64,000 nt of DNA from Tubulanus polymorphus (Eukaryota > Animalia > Nemertea), in the NCBI RefSeq assembly GCF_964204645.1, contig NC_134027.1, positions 16,338,485 to 16,402,484 on the forward strand. Direction: 5' to 3'. A program made the position numbers and the translations under genes. The notes below the pieces were generated by a model. It was not told the origin of the DNA, did not search any database, and saw only the letters and a list, made by a program, of their open reading frames with translations. Positions 39,708-53,909 of this stretch are shown one piece after another; positions within the stretch are counted from its first letter, which is position 1; every line of letters starts with the position of its first letter.

Positions 39708-40864
39708 AGTAGTTCATATTGCTGAGGGCCTAATTTAAGTTTTTGACTCGTAGGACCATTATTTACCGAAGCTCCATAAGATGCATACTGTTTTATACAC
39801 ATTAAATTAAATGGTTCCCACACTGCGTATCACAATCTCAGTTATGCCTGTAATTTCTTAGGGTCTAATCATAGTTTACATATGATAAGGATGACATTCC
39901 CAGCAATTCACAAAATGATTGGGCATGTGACCCTAGAGATCAAATGCCTTTTTATACTGCATTTGTTTAAAATTTTGCAGTTTTGATGTTTTAAATAAGA
40001 GAAAATAAGCAAAATGTACATTCTTGGTCTTGTGCATTTGACTTTCTATGGATCTGGTCTCTAAAAAGAAAAAAAACTCCCGCCCTCGTCTCAAATAAGT
40101 ATTATAAAAGGAATATATCTTTTTTTTTTAATAAGAAAAACCTCCCGCCCTCGTCTTCTTGGAAAATATGGAAATACGAATTTATTTCCACTTTTTTATT
40201 TTAAAAAAGCTCATAAACAAAAAATTTGCCCGCCCTCATCATGTTTAGAAGAGAGGTTTGGATGAGAAACAAGTTTTATTTGTTCAATAAAGTAAAATTG
40301 AATAGGATTTGATATTTTTTGGCAGAATAAAATTTGATTGAATTTTTAGTTTGAGCACATGGCTAATTAGCATATCAAGGTCATCTATCCGATTTGGGAA
40401 AAAGCTATTTTTCCCGGACCTTGCACAATGGTCAATCATATTTTCTGTATTGGTAATAAAAATATTCATCCAAAAAACCAAATCAACTAAAAGCTTTCAC
40501 AGAAATCGATCTTGAAATACAATTTTAGATCTTAAAATATAACCCGGAAGTAAAACGGTAGACGATACCGCTGGTTCACGTGAACACCTGCTGATTTCTG
40601 CAGCTAAGCCAATCATAGAGGAGTCTGCTCTCTGATTGGCTTTTCAAAACCAATATTTTTGCGATCAGATATTCGCGAAAAAGCTCATATAAATTTCAAC
40701 GAGGCCCTCTTTCAAAATTCAGCTACGTAGAGTTTGGAGAATGGATAATGCTTTAATGAATGATCTGTATGAATATATGCTCAGTTGCACAGTTAAAGAG
40801 CCTTTGCTCTGGAAAGCATGTCATTAAAATTCGCTCCATTTGTATAGTAACAGGCTCAGCCTAT

Positions 40865-41128
40865 GGCTGGCCTAAAAATGTGTAAAAAGTGCAGATTTCA
40901 ACAATGGCTGCCAGCTGGCTATCTTGATTCTGACCGGGCTAGTTTTTGGGCTGAAGATGTATCTAGGGTAGATACATGTATAAACCAAATATCAAGACAT
41001 TACATTGAAGCGTCTTCAAAACTTCCCAAAATAACTGGATTCCGTCTACGGACGGACGAACGGACCAATGGACGGACAAAAAGTGAACGCAATAGCCCGC
41101 TGGGACCAAAGTCTGAAGTGGGCTAAAA
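40865..41128. mobile_element. Family B terminal fragment (another at ~46290-46369)
   Basis: Core, (GGAC)n tract and hairpin. Confidence 0.75.
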
Positions 41129-41328
41129 ACAAGAAACAAAAATTTTAATATGGACTTTCCTAAATTGACATGATATTGTGTGTTTAATCCAGCATCAAAA
41201 TTAAACAGTGGCATTCTAGCAGAACAAATGAAAATGAGTGAAAATTGATTTAATTCAAATGAGGGGATACAAAACTGACTTTACACCGATAACTAAATCG
41301 AAAATAAGGACGGAAAATATAAAATAAA

Positions 41329-42438
41329 TTGCCCATGGGCAAAGTGTGGTTTACCTTGAAAGCTAGAGGTAGTTCAGAGTAAGGGCATTGCTTGAAAAAT
41401 CTTTTTAATTCATGACTTCAAAGTTCTACAAGTTTAAATATCGTAATTCATCTTTCTTAAAGGATTATTTTGTAGTCAAATAAGACTAAAGATATAAATT
41501 TGTTTAGATCCACATCCAAAATTTTGTAGGGTACAGGTAGGCGCGGCATTGAAACTATATTATATTTTCAAAGAAATATTTTTCATAATATGAAAAAAAA
41601 TTCAAAATTCATATGATGTCACATATCAGAGGGTGGCTGAATGTATGGACGCGGAAGATAAAATACCGGTGCAATCAGAAATCGGCGCATTAGATCGTTT
41701 TAAATCCTGGAATTTACCACTACAATATTCAGACCTCGACCTATACCTATAGTTTGCTGCTTAGTGTTTTCAGGTCCAATTTATTACAAATTCTATGAAA
41801 CAGAAAACACAGCGCTCTTCTGTTGATGAAATGTCAAACGCGTCAGCAAGCAGCGTTACAGTACCACTATAGTAGTGTATACTGTACGAGCATGTTTGTG
41901 TGCAACAGTCTATAGCACTCTGCGGGCACGTGGAGGCCTTGTAGTGAATGTTCGCTTACACTTCAATGTCAATCAAAAAAATCACCGGGTATTAAAATGA
42001 AGCAATACCTATGGCGGATAATAATTACATTCTCACCAGCGATGAGCATTTGAAATTCGCGAGTATACGGCACCTAGTCCAATGAAACGTTCGCCATTCT
42101 ATGGCTTTCCCATAATTATTTTATTACGGTAGCGCCCGAATTCCCCGTATATCCCAAAAACAGCCAATCACATTCGCTCGTAGAGACAACGCCTCCCAAT
42201 AGAGGTCATTGCAATTTTATACGCGAGAGCTAAGAATTTTCCCGCCAAAAACAGTTTTTCGTAGAATTTTAACAATGTTGACCACATCATCGACGGAGGT
42301 TCGCCATGTCTTCAATCGCATCGATTATACGTTGTTTAAGCCGAGAACCAATGAAACAAATGCTCACATAAAAAAACGTACCGCGATTTTACATGAATTG
42401 GCTCAATGCCAACTTCATATCGCTGACAAAGGTAAACC
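41329..42438 (-). mobile_element. Helentron-like family A, copy 4 (complete, no nested MITE)
   Basis: Palindrome ttgcccatgggcaa (41329-41342); subterminal IR ggtttacctt (41348-41357) and aaggtaaacc (42429-42438); A-rich flanks; no TSD. Confidence 0.72.
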
Positions 42439-45310
42439 AAAAACAAACACAACTGCATGATGATTCATCATGAATAAGGTAGTAGGTTTTCCCCACTGAC
42501 TCTCCACGTTCATGGTGTGACGCTGATTTTATCTATTTCATACACTGTGTACGAAATTTGTTAGCCAATTTATTTTCGTAAATTGAACAATTTTCCAAGA
42601 TTTACCAAGATTCCAAGATTTACTTCCCCCTTTCCCAATTTCACTAAACTTCTATAAAATTCACTGCTTTTCACGGCCACCCGCGACGAACCCTGGCAGT
42701 TGAATCATTTACAGTTTCTAAGATAGACTGGTTGCCTGTCCCAACCCAATATGGGATGAGACCGGTAACCAGTCCATTTCCAAGAAAACTAAGTCACACA
42801 CCAGGCGCGCTTTTGATATACATACACAGATCAATAGACTACATAGCAGCGACTCTATATGACTATGATGCGCAGGTGCATGAATATACGTAAAAAGGCT
42901 TGTGTTCTCCCGAAACGAAATGTAGTTTCAACAACAAATAAATACTTAAAATAATATATAAGCAACACATTCTGATGCAGTTCAATAGGGTTAGAGATTT
43001 TATATTAGCATTGAATGTTTTGAAAGTTCCAAAGAGAAACAAAGCCTCGTTTGGAAGTTATTTTGTACCAAAGGAAAGAAAGTTTCATATGTGATAGCAA
43101 AAATTGGACTTCGCCAAAGCAAAAGTCCATAAAAATCAATGCGGGCGAAGGTCACGACGAATTAAACACTGCTGCACTCAGTCAACGGCCTCAATTTTTC
43201 AGTCTCAACGCCCGTAGAAAAATTTTTATTATGATCACCAAAATGTTTTTCAAACATTAGGTTACCAAATGGAAATAAACAAATGCTTGCAGATATTGAC
43301 AAATCTAGTTATACGAATGGAAGAAAATCAAACTATTTTCTATGCACAATAGGACTACCAATATCCATCAGAAAAGCGCTTCAAACAACTGCCGATGATT
43401 GCTTTTTAGCCATAAAATAAAAATGACTTTAAAAATTACCGAACTTAAACTAGTTGATTATGACACCAAATGCTGGGAAAACGCATCCGAGCACCTACAA
43501 ATTGAAAATTTTTCCAGGGGAGGGCCCCCGGACCCCCATTCTCGATATGTGCTCATGCCCTTGGCGCTCGTTTTCTGAGTAGCCTACATACCGCCCCTAC
43601 AAATTTTTTTAAAACGGAGAACACTGAGTAGCCAAGTGGGTCAACGACATGATATGAGCTGACCCCTAGGTGGCGATCCTTCAAAAAATCGGTACGTTAT
43701 GAACTGATTTCAGTGAAATTTTGTGCAAGCTTCCTAGGACTACATTTAGCCAGCAAGGCATAATCCCGAAGCAGCAATATTTGTTATTATCATTATCATA
43801 TAGTGCACTTAAAAATGTATGGACTCATTACATTGTACCTGTGGCTTAAACGAAGGAATAAATACAAAATAAAAGACCAATGGTCTTGTAGCTCACCTGA
43901 CCATTAACTAATAGGCAGTTAAAGACTTGTTATATCCCATGTCTAAAATGGATAAGATGCTGGTCTTATTGCAAGGGCTGGTGGCAAGATGGGAAGAGGA
44001 AAATCGATACACACATTGCCTTTCAGGCCTTCAAAGGAGCGATCAAAATCAAACGGCAACTCATGTTTAAATAACCATATTTATTTTCAGATAATAATAT
44101 TCATATCAAAAGACAGGATAGGAGCTAGGCCTTATCATATCAGAAGTTTTGTCTTAGAATATTGGTTGAAACGTGCTTTTTGAAAAAATCTATAATTCCT
44201 GCTTCAATGAGTCGGGGTGGTGAGTCATTCTTGGGGTACCAGTATCTGTAAAACAATATGTAAAATCAATAGAAATAAAGTGAAAATAAATTGCATTGAA
44301 TTGAATTGCAATCACAGTGTAATACTACACAAGAGGATTGATATTCTGTCTGTCCGTCCCGTACTAACATCTTGCTGTAATAGACATTTTCGGGGCATTA
44401 AGGACCAATGACAATCATTATTCATAGAATATCTTACCTTCAATGAGCAGAAATACTGTGTAAATACACGTGTGAATAAACCAGGAAATGCGCGGTAGTG
44501 CGCAGTGTCTAGTGTACGGAGACGCATCGGGGTCATTCACAAATATGATCAAAGAAACCGAAACTTTGATCTGTTAAAACAAAATATCAACATTGTGACT
44601 GAAATATTATGAAATAAAATTTAACCTTGATCTCGATTGATTCGAATTTAAAATAAAATCCACCATTCGGCGAATTCTGTCCACACTTGAATTTTAAAAA
44701 TGTTCCTAATAGGCTACCATATTTCTTGGATCTATCCAAGAAACGATAGTTCATAGGTCGAGCCACGTTATTAGAGAGTCAGACCCCTGCGTTTAGACCG
44801 GCCTGGAAATAAATCTAGACGTTTTTCCAGCTAAAATTATGTGAAAATGTTTGAACAACACCCAAAACTTGTACTAGCAGTCCGGGTTTATTTCTATTTC
44901 ACAGAAACGCATGTATACAAAAAGAACGGCAATTTGCTTCGATTTTGGTATATTTTCGATTATTTCACAAAAACACGTGTTCAGAATTCTATGAAATTTT
45001 CAGATTGTAAAATAGATACTATATGACACCTCCGTTAAAGAAATCAGATCTCATGACCATCTAGATAAAAAGTGTGCCACCCGTCTTACTGTAATTTTTC
45101 GCGATAGGCAAATGCATTGGAAGCATGACATCATCAGCTAGTGATAGCAAAAGCGAACCATAGGTTCGCTAAAAATAAACCACTTCCACGCTGCAGTGGG
45201 ATATAATAGCAGGTAGAAGAGGGCATTTCAGGATTTCAGTAGCTTGGGTATAACAAGGGTTTAACAATTGAATTAATGTTGTTTACAAAATCGTGCCCAT
45301 AATCCCTTAC

Positions 45311-46024
45311 CTTGTTATCAGATTGTAATTTGCGAAGCTGGTCACTTACAAGAGCATATCTAGCACTTTCTTCTTTCCTCAGCAATCTTTCTTTTTTTAA
45401 TTCAGGACTCCAAAAAGTTTTTATGCTATTCATTGATGAACTCAACTTGTCTTTATTCAATTGAAGTTCTTGTTGTAATTTTGCACATTCATGATTCGAA
45501 ATGGCAATATCTGATTGTAAATCAAGATGATCCCTTGAGAGGGAGGTATTCAAACCATCATGATTAGACAACCATCCCCCCGAGTAATCCATAAGAGATT
45601 GACTGTGTGTTAAAGATCCAGGATCTAGAGTTTTTGCTTTTAAATATTCTCGATCTGTTGAATTTTCACATTTACCAACTGAATATTGCGTGAATCCACG
45701 AAGAACTAATTTATCTAATTGTCGATCTAAAGACCGATCACGAACTAAACTTCTGGTACGTTCTATGCTGTCTGCTGATCGGTCTCTTCTTATACTTTTC
45801 ATATTAGACATAGTACTAGACCTACAATCCGATGAGCTGTTAGGCGTAATAGAGCAAGTACTGTTGAGAGAGGCCTCTATTTGAAAAGGACTGTTAGAAC
45901 GACTTCCATGATTGCTACGAGACTGAACACTTTTACTGGTAGATAACAACTGATTAGGACTGGCACGTGCAGATATGGAATGTGATGGTAATGTTTGATT
46001 AGGTTTCATAGAACTGTGAGCCAT
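45311..46024 (-). CDS. ERC1: ERC/ELKS/CAST (Bruchpilot-like) active-zone scaffold protein, first coding exon (exon 45311-46087, ATG at 46024)
   Basis: Translation contains KLSSSMNSIKTFWSPELKKERLLRKEE, the conserved ERC1/ERC2/Brp N-terminal motif, after a Ser-rich region with RDRSLDR-like repeats. Acceptor ttttccag precedes 46087, an in-frame TAG lies upstream of the ATG, and the donor AAG|gtaagg follows 45311 (phase 0). Assignment to ERC1 versus ERC2 is not resolvable. Confidence 0.93.
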
Positions 46025-46524
46025 TCCACTAATATCCTGATGCAAATTGTTTGGAAATTCCAAATAGATGGTTACAGTCTACCAAATCTGGAAAAGATAA
46101 TTTAATTATTATGAATAGGCCTACAGCTGCAATTGGTTTTTCCCCTTATTCATTCTCTAACAAAAACAGATAAAGCCTGCAATTTCATTGAATAGCCAAA
46201 TGTGGTTGTAACCATAAATTAAATACAAAATATTTTCTTTTGAGCAAATATCCCTTTCTTCATTAGTATTACCGTATTCTCACGGCACCAAAACGGATGG
46301 ACTGACGGACGACGGACGAAAAGTGAACGCAATAGCCCGCTGGGACCAAAGTCCCAAGTGGGCTAAAAACAGTATATCCAATTCAATGCTCTTCTCCATC
46401 GACAATCTCAACCAATTAGTACTGCCCCCTTCATTTATCTTTAGGCATTGGATTAGCATTATTCCAGCTATTAGAAAATTTGTGCTGAACTAGATCAAAA
46501 TTCATTATCTACAAAAGATCCTGA

Positions 46525-46600
46525 GCTGTTCGAGCGAGCCTCGAACCGGGGCCAGTAAATTACTAGCGCAGCATTATACCACTAGACCACCAAGCTTGCT
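46525..46600 (-). repeat. tRNA-like (A/B box) segment of a repeat, not a functional tRNA
   Basis: Reverse complement has ggtggtctagtggtataatgctgcgctagtaatttactggccccggttcgag; homologous, including flanks, to 58255-58330. Confidence 0.6.
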
Positions 46601-47939
46601 GAAAACCAGTCGAATGTTTTAACTACAATGCTACATATAGCCTCACCTTACCCTAATCCTATCCCTAGGGGGTAAAACGAACCCTTACCTAGGATTTCAA
46701 GTGAAAATATTCCAAACACCATAGAAACAATTCAAAAGGCCTGAAAGAAGGGTTTAATATAAGATCATAGCAATTTACAGAACTAAAATCGGTCAAGCCG
46801 TTCGAAAGTTATGAAGGAATTTGTCGGCTGAAAAATGCACTTCTCAGCCATAGAGTCTTCATTAGGAAATGAAGTAAAGGTCACAAGGTTAAATGGTGAC
46901 CAAATGATCAATTTCTTAGTAAAGAAACAATTGAAAGTAGAAAAGAAACTTGTATATCTTTGGGAATTGTCATCCGATTTCAATCAAACTTTGGGAAAAT
47001 CAGAATAATAGTTTCCCTATTGATTATAAAACTTAAACCTATTATTTATTAAGCCAATTAAGGGTAATTAGCTTAATTAATTGGCTCATTGCCAGATCCA
47101 GGTATTTATCAGCTAAAAGCAGAGGATAAATGTTTATTTATTTGTGTTACAACTTTACAGGGATAAATATATCCAACCATATTTTGTTGCAGACATCGCA
47201 ACACATAACTAGGGGTCCAGGGACACCATGCCCACTTGGGAAGTGGTTTCCAATGCTCAGTAATCTAACAATTTCAATATTCAATGCCCCCTGGTGACCA
47301 TATACAAAAACCAATGACCTTGAACCTCACCACAATCATAGAACATGTCAGCAGCTACGATTTTGTAATTGATTGTGATAACAAAATATGTCCCGTTACC
47401 AATTTAATATGGAAATACTAAGTATTCTACTGTTCAACGCCCCCTGGTGACCATATTCAAAACCTTAAAACTCACCACAATCATAGAACATGTCACAAAC
47501 TACAACTTTGCAATTGATCATGGTAACAAAATATGCCTAGGTACCAATCTAATAAGGAAATACTAAGCTATTCAACGCCCCTGGTGACCATATAGAATAA
47601 CTAATGTCCTTAAAACTCACCACAATAACAGATGATGTCATGAGCTACAACTTTGCAATTAATTTGGTCACAACATATGCTTAGGTATCAATATAATGTG
47701 GAAAAACCTTTTCCCACCAACGAATGAGTACTGATGACGCCTGCCAATTGCGCCATATTTGGCTGATCAAAAATACATGTCTCAGGTATAAAACATCCCT
47801 TTCCAAAGAATACCCATCACAAATGGGGAGTCGGCATACTATTCCGCACCGCTGCGCTGCTACACAACTCGGTTATTCACCGACCGTTACGTTTTCGGCA
47901 TCGCTGCGTCGAATGTTTGAATTTATTTTGCGTTAAATC

Positions 47940-50900
47940 ATGGATTTAACCATCGAAAAACTTAAAGAGGAGCTCAGAGCTAGAGGGGCTAAGGTGTCTG
48001 GACGGAAGAAGGAGTTAGTTGAAAGGTATTTATCGACTTTTTAAGCGATTATCGCTGACAAAATGGTTATATTTTGCGCGGTTTTTCAATTTTGAATTTT
48101 TGCGCACGCGAGGCCGACCCGGCTTTGCCCGCCAATCTAACTAATCCACATTCAGACAGCAAATTCATGTTTATTACTCTTGAGAGTGAGTTTCGAATGA
48201 TTGGCCTATGGAATTGAGGTATCAGATTACCGTCACCCGGCCGCATGGATCGTCAGGTCCCGCATGAAAATTTTCATTATTTCATTATTTTTCATTTTTA
48301 TGTTCTAATTTGTTTATGATCCAGAAAATGAACATAATGCTAAAAACATACATAAATCATTGACAAAATGTTTTACAAATCAATATCTAAGATGTAGATT
48401 GCCATTAGAAGTTTAGATGGCAATGTTTGTGTGTTGATATTTAGGGATAATTTTCGGAATGTGACTGCCTTGTCAGTAAGTTACGTTATTTTGACAGCTG
48501 AGCTACTACTATCGCCATCTATCGAACATAAATTTAAGCTTTATTCAGCTTATAGAGCCAATATCATTGGACTTCAAGCTTTTTGGTTTTGCATATTTTG
48601 TGACTCAAAATAATGAATAATGAATATTGAAAAAAACCCTCATAAACTTTTGATATTTGAGGTGACGGTTAACTGATACCCTAATTCCGTAGGCCTAATT
48701 GTCAATGTGTGTTTGATAACCGCCCTTATTCGTTATTGAAAAAGGTCCCTGTTGAAAAAAAAGAAATCTAACACCGTTAGGCCTAGGCCTAAGCATAACC
48801 CTCTTAGTCTTGTCCAGGTTTGTTTAGCCTATAGGCCTACGCTGCGGCATTCGAAAATGCATGATTTCCAGAGGCAATCAGGCAGGAGGCAATCAAAACC
48901 CTGGCAAGCCAGTATATTTTAGGCCTAGCCCACTTAACTTTTGAAATAGTGAAATTCGGTTTTTTTTACACCCAGTCCGCTCCATGATGGGCTTCTTCTT
49001 TCTAATTTCCGGCCATTAAAACAAAACCTGCCAACCAGGTGGCTGAAAATTAGTTCTGTTCTTGGTTTATAAAAAAGAACGACACCCGCCCGAACGGTTC
49101 TTAAGAACTGTTCGTGCGGGTGTCGTTCTTTTTTCATTTTATTGGGGTGCGAACTAACCGGTCACGAGTTTGGTTACAAACCAAGTTGAAATGTTATCTC
49201 AAGGTCGTTGAGCAGTGACAAGCAAACAAGCGTAAACAAATTCTTATGTCTAAATAAATTCATTTGACAAAATACAGTTAATATATATGGTGTTGTGTGT
49301 GAATTAGGACACAGGTACTCAAGACCTGTCTGCCTTGGTCCTTCGTGTCAATCAACCAAGATGGTCAAGGCATGTCAATGTAACAAACTATCGGTTATAA
49401 CGAACGGTTATTTTCTGGTCCTGTGTCGTGAAGTTTGCTTTAACGAGGTTCCACTGTATCATGTTTTATGCCTTTGAGTGGGACTTCAGTTTTTAACCCC
49501 CCCCCCCCCCTCCCTTAAAATCTACCCCTGATTCATCTATGTTAAATTGGAAAATTCATCTCAAGCAGATTAGAATTTTACAAGATCAACCAAGGAACAA
49601 CCAGCAATGAACCCAAGATGGAAATTCACATGACGTTGCCATCAGCTGATAACTATAAAGACATTCACTACGAGATGTTCGCTGACCTACCCCCTATTAC
49701 TGAGTCACTGATCGCAAACTTTTTGGCTCTGTATGATAAATAATTTGATGATAAATGTAAAGAGCTCTACAGGCAAAGGTAGGTAACACACATATAACCG
49801 AATCCTTAGGTCACAATTTGTTGTTTCCCTCATGCAAATGTTTCTTTTTCTCTAAACAGGTTTGTACGTCATATACACTTGGCAAAGGCATCGGATTATG
49901 TTTTCTTGAATGCAGTCGTGTGGGCAGAGATGAAAAAGACTGTGGAATACAGGGTGGATGTCAAGGTTAGTAGAAATGTTCTATCCGTACATCCGTTGTT
50001 TATATTAAATCAAAAACATTTTTTTTGTAAATTCTCTATCTATGAAATCGACTTGTTCAATATTAAAAATCTTTGAAGGACTGTTATACTTACATAAATC
50101 CTACCTAGACATAGGATGTCTTTATTTTCGCTTCACCAAAAAAAGATGACTTGATGATTCCTTGGTCATTAACCTTAGAGAATAAGTACCGGTATTTTGT
50201 TAACTTTAAACTTTATCTTTTAATGCTTCTCATCAAGGTTGATAAAGATGGAGTCGTTGAAGAGAGCCAGTGTGAATGTGGTGCTGGACAAGGGCCAACC
50301 GCTCACTGTAAACATGTTGTAACAGTACTGTATACCATCAATTGTTTTTTGTTGGAGAAAGATATCATTTCGGAAACCACATGCACTCAGGCAAGTATTA
50401 ATATCTCTATGAAAACAGTGTGCAATGTGATTGATTTTTCTTATAAAAAGGAACTATTTTTCTTCAATCAAGAAACCTCTACGTCATTTTATTTCATCTT
50501 ACAGGTGCTGCAAACATTTCACAGAGCTAAAGCCTATAAAGGGAGTCTTATGAGAGATTCAAATATTGCTTAAATGCGTAAACAGTCCCAGATGTTGTAT
50601 GATCCAAGACCTGTAGAATATAGAAGACGTCCGAATCGTATCGATACCATCACAAATCTAGCGTTGAACTGTCAGGTTTGTTATCTCCAAAAATTAAATA
50701 CATGTAGCCTAGTTATGATTTAGGTTTATTTTTACGTATTGAGCCAATAATTGTGCAAATGAATGATTGTCTCCAAACATTTAGTTTCAGTATGACATGC
50801 CATTTCTACAGCTGTCCAACCCAGCAAATCCTTATGGAATTACTAATGATTATCAGTTTGGAAGTTCAACAGATGTAGATGAATTCTTGAAAAGGGAAAA

Positions 50901-51330
50901 GGTACAACTAAAACTGAAATATGACTAGAATATTAGTCTTAGATTGAGCACACAGATTTACTATTTATATTCTTTATAATTAAACTTATCAAGCCCGTTT
51001 AATTTTTAGAGCTCACCCATGGGTCTGTTACGGAAGAATATATCCGGGAGATAGAGACGAAAACAAGAGGACAGTCGAGAAATAAAGTCTGGTTTTATGA
51101 AAGCAAACGGTTAACGGCATCCTCATATGGAAGAATTTGCAACTCCCATCCTGAATTTAACAAAACTTGCTTCAGACCTGATGTGTAGCCAGGAAATAAA
51201 TTCTGCTCCCATTGTTCATGGACGGAAATATGAATCAGTGGCCAAAAAGAAATTTCGCTGAGAGTATCCAGGCATTCAGGAAGCTAAAGAGTGCGGCCTC
51301 TTTATTTAAACAACAAACAGAACAAATAAT
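47940..51330 (+). pseudogene. ISL2EU accessory gene: SAP + SWIM zinc finger + YqaJ/lambda-exonuclease-like, multi-exon, disrupted
   Basis: Exon 1 MDLTIEKLKEELRARGAKVSGRKKELVER (SAP); AVVWAEMKKTVEYRVDV; CECGAGQGPTAHCKH (SWIM); IETKTRGQSRNKVW...RLTASSYGRIC...HGRKYE (YqaJ); stops, frameshifts and 3' truncation. Confidence 0.8.
48203..48695. mobile_element. MITE in intron 1 of the ISL2EU accessory gene
   Basis: TIRs ggcctatggaattgaggtatcagattaccgtcacc / ggtgacggttaactgataccctaattccgtaggcc. Confidence 0.75.
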
Positions 51331-51499
51331 CGTCGCGGGATGGCCACAGAAAGAACCTCACTTCCCAGAACATTCGAAGTTGAAAAATCATTTAAAAGCT
51401 AATCCACAGGATTTCTTTTTAAAGAATATGATCATTTTTATACTTTATTACTTCAAACATTTTTACATGTTTTAGGCATTTCTTGATACTATGCAAAGC

Positions 51500-53909
51500 C
51501 TAAAATTACACAAGTAAAAGCAAATTTTTATAATTTTTCCTGCCAGTGTATAGTTCAAAGGCTGCGTCAAAATTTAAATGTCTTTGCAAGACCTATGATA
51601 CGTTCTACATGCACTCTCTTGCTGGCGATTTTTCTATCTTTAATAACAGACTGGCCTGACATTCGATTCTTTTTTCTAAAGAACGATGGAATATTAATAC
51701 TAACATTTTGAGGCACAAACAGGTCTTCAACATTAAACCCTTTATCCACCATTATACTGTCTCCAGGATCACACAATTTCCGCACATCGCTACGTTCAGT
51801 GATCTGTCTGTCGCTAGTAGCACCTCCATATGCCGAGGAAACATATGTAACAACGCCTCCTGGGCTAATACTAACCACAACTTTCATTGTATTTCGGTTC
51901 TTATAGGTAGAATACGTTGATTGTTGGGCTAGTGGATGCTTAGGCTTTTTTATTGGACACTCTGAGCCATCCAAAATCACACGTGTGGATGGAAATTTCA
52001 AGCCCAAATCCGAAGGCATAAAATAACGAATACGTTCCTTGCGTGGCCACCAATTAATGTCTTCTAGTTCATTTGCCATGAAATTAATCCATGTAATTCC
52101 AATGTTTGCAACCACTTTCTCAGTAACCTTAAACATTCGCGAAAGTTCAAAATCACACTGGTAAAGTCTCAATTTCATGAGGACCATAAAAAATTGTTCT
52201 TCAATTTTTAAATCTGGCACACAGCCATGATGGTAATTTAAACTGTGTGCAGCTGGTCCAAGAACATTTAACACGAAGTAGAATCTTTGTCTAGTTTCCA
52301 GCCCAGTGTAGTAATGTATGCTCTTATCGGTTTGCCCAAAATGGTCTAATGGGGAATAGTTTCCTAAAAGTTCAAACTGAATTCCAATTGGCCTAGTGAC
52401 GATCACATTACTACTATCACAACCGTTATCTGACGAATCTGAAAATACAAAAATAAACTGCTTATGTTTAATGTAGTGTCTACCCAAAGTGGCTAAAAAA
52501 TTATTTCTCCTTATTGGCTGCTTCATTTCGTAAACTGCAATGAAATTTGTAAGCAGTTTATAATTTCCCTAGCTGCCGGGTCTGTTATGGTTCAATAGCT
52601 TGGTCATGATTTTAAAACAAGAACTAACTTGACGCCTTGAAAAACAAAACATTGTTAATATTGTCAACAATAAAATAACGTAATATAAATTTTGTAATAC
52701 CAAGGATCAATAAAATTATTATGGATTTGAGTATATCGATAATTGAATTGAATTGCCCGGCAACCAGTCTAACCCCGATATATTGATGACGTATAGTGCA
52801 TATCCTCTCAAAAATACTCATTAGAATTTAACAAAATTCTGAAATATAACAAATAAACAACAAAATTCACGTTTGTAATTGTTATATTTTGAAGCACCAA
52901 TGTTGATGACATATCAATGTGTATGTATAAACATTATTGAAATGGTTTTTACATCATCAAGAAGTAATGTACAGGGTAGATAGGCAGGTGGCCGGGTCAA
53001 CTTTTAGCTCAGCAGAATGAGAATGAAATGGGAAATTTTCCTCATTTTCCCACTACCTTTAAATACTCACCCTGATTTTCATCTTCATTTGGCTTGACCG
53101 TTTCGTTAATTATTTCAAAGGCTGCAACTTCATTCAAAGCCAGCTTTCTTTGTCTTTAAGCCATTGACTCATTTTCTGACAAGAGCTGTTTCCGTTTTAA
53201 ATAGCGTTCATTACGGTCGGCACCTGCAGGTGAAATCTCCTGAGTCCATGGAAATTGTGAGGGCACTGCATTCTTTTTCAGGCGTCGCTGTAGCGGGGTA
53301 GTTCCCAAAAAAATTTTTAAGTTTGTTGAGTACAGAGAAATAGTTAAAAACTGCAATTTCATTCAAAAAAAAATTCTACGTTTTAATTTATAATCGATAG
53401 ATGGCGCTAGTTGTATGTAGCTAAGCAAATGATGAATGTTGAGCCGACGAAGCAGACACATTCCAATTACAATCCCTAAATTTCAAGACATAAATATTGC
53501 CATCAAAACTTCTTAACACAACCTAGATATTAAATATTGACTTATAAAACGTTATCCATGACATTTATATCTTTTTGTGAAAAATAATGAAATAAATGAC
53601 CATTCTCTCTCACGCGGGTGACAGTAAACTAATATACCTCAATTCAATAGGCCATAGCGTTTCCGAAATGATGCCGCATCGGTAAATATCCACTTCCCCT
53701 TAGTGAAAATAGATTACGAACCTGATGTAGTTGCCTCAACATAATCACTCATCGTAAAATGGCTTTTACAAATAACGCTGTTTTGATGGTTGCCAGTTCG
53801 CCTCTCCCCTTCGAACCGCGGTGATCCAAATCTTGCGTCTCTTCTCATCTCTCGGAAAGGCATGCCCCCCAAGCGTTCCACAAAGTGGAACACAACACTC
53901 CGTGGGCAT
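51500..53909 (-). pseudogene. ISL2EU transposase: THAP + HTH + DDE_Tnp_4-like, multi-exon, disrupted
   Basis: Exon 53722-53909 MPTECCVPLC...HAFPRD...WITAVRR...ICKSHF (one frameshift); LKKNAVPSQFPW; ORF 51567-52526 with YYTGL, RVILDGSE, YSTYKNRNT.K, YGGATSD, MVDKGF and RVHVERIIG. Confidence 0.9.
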
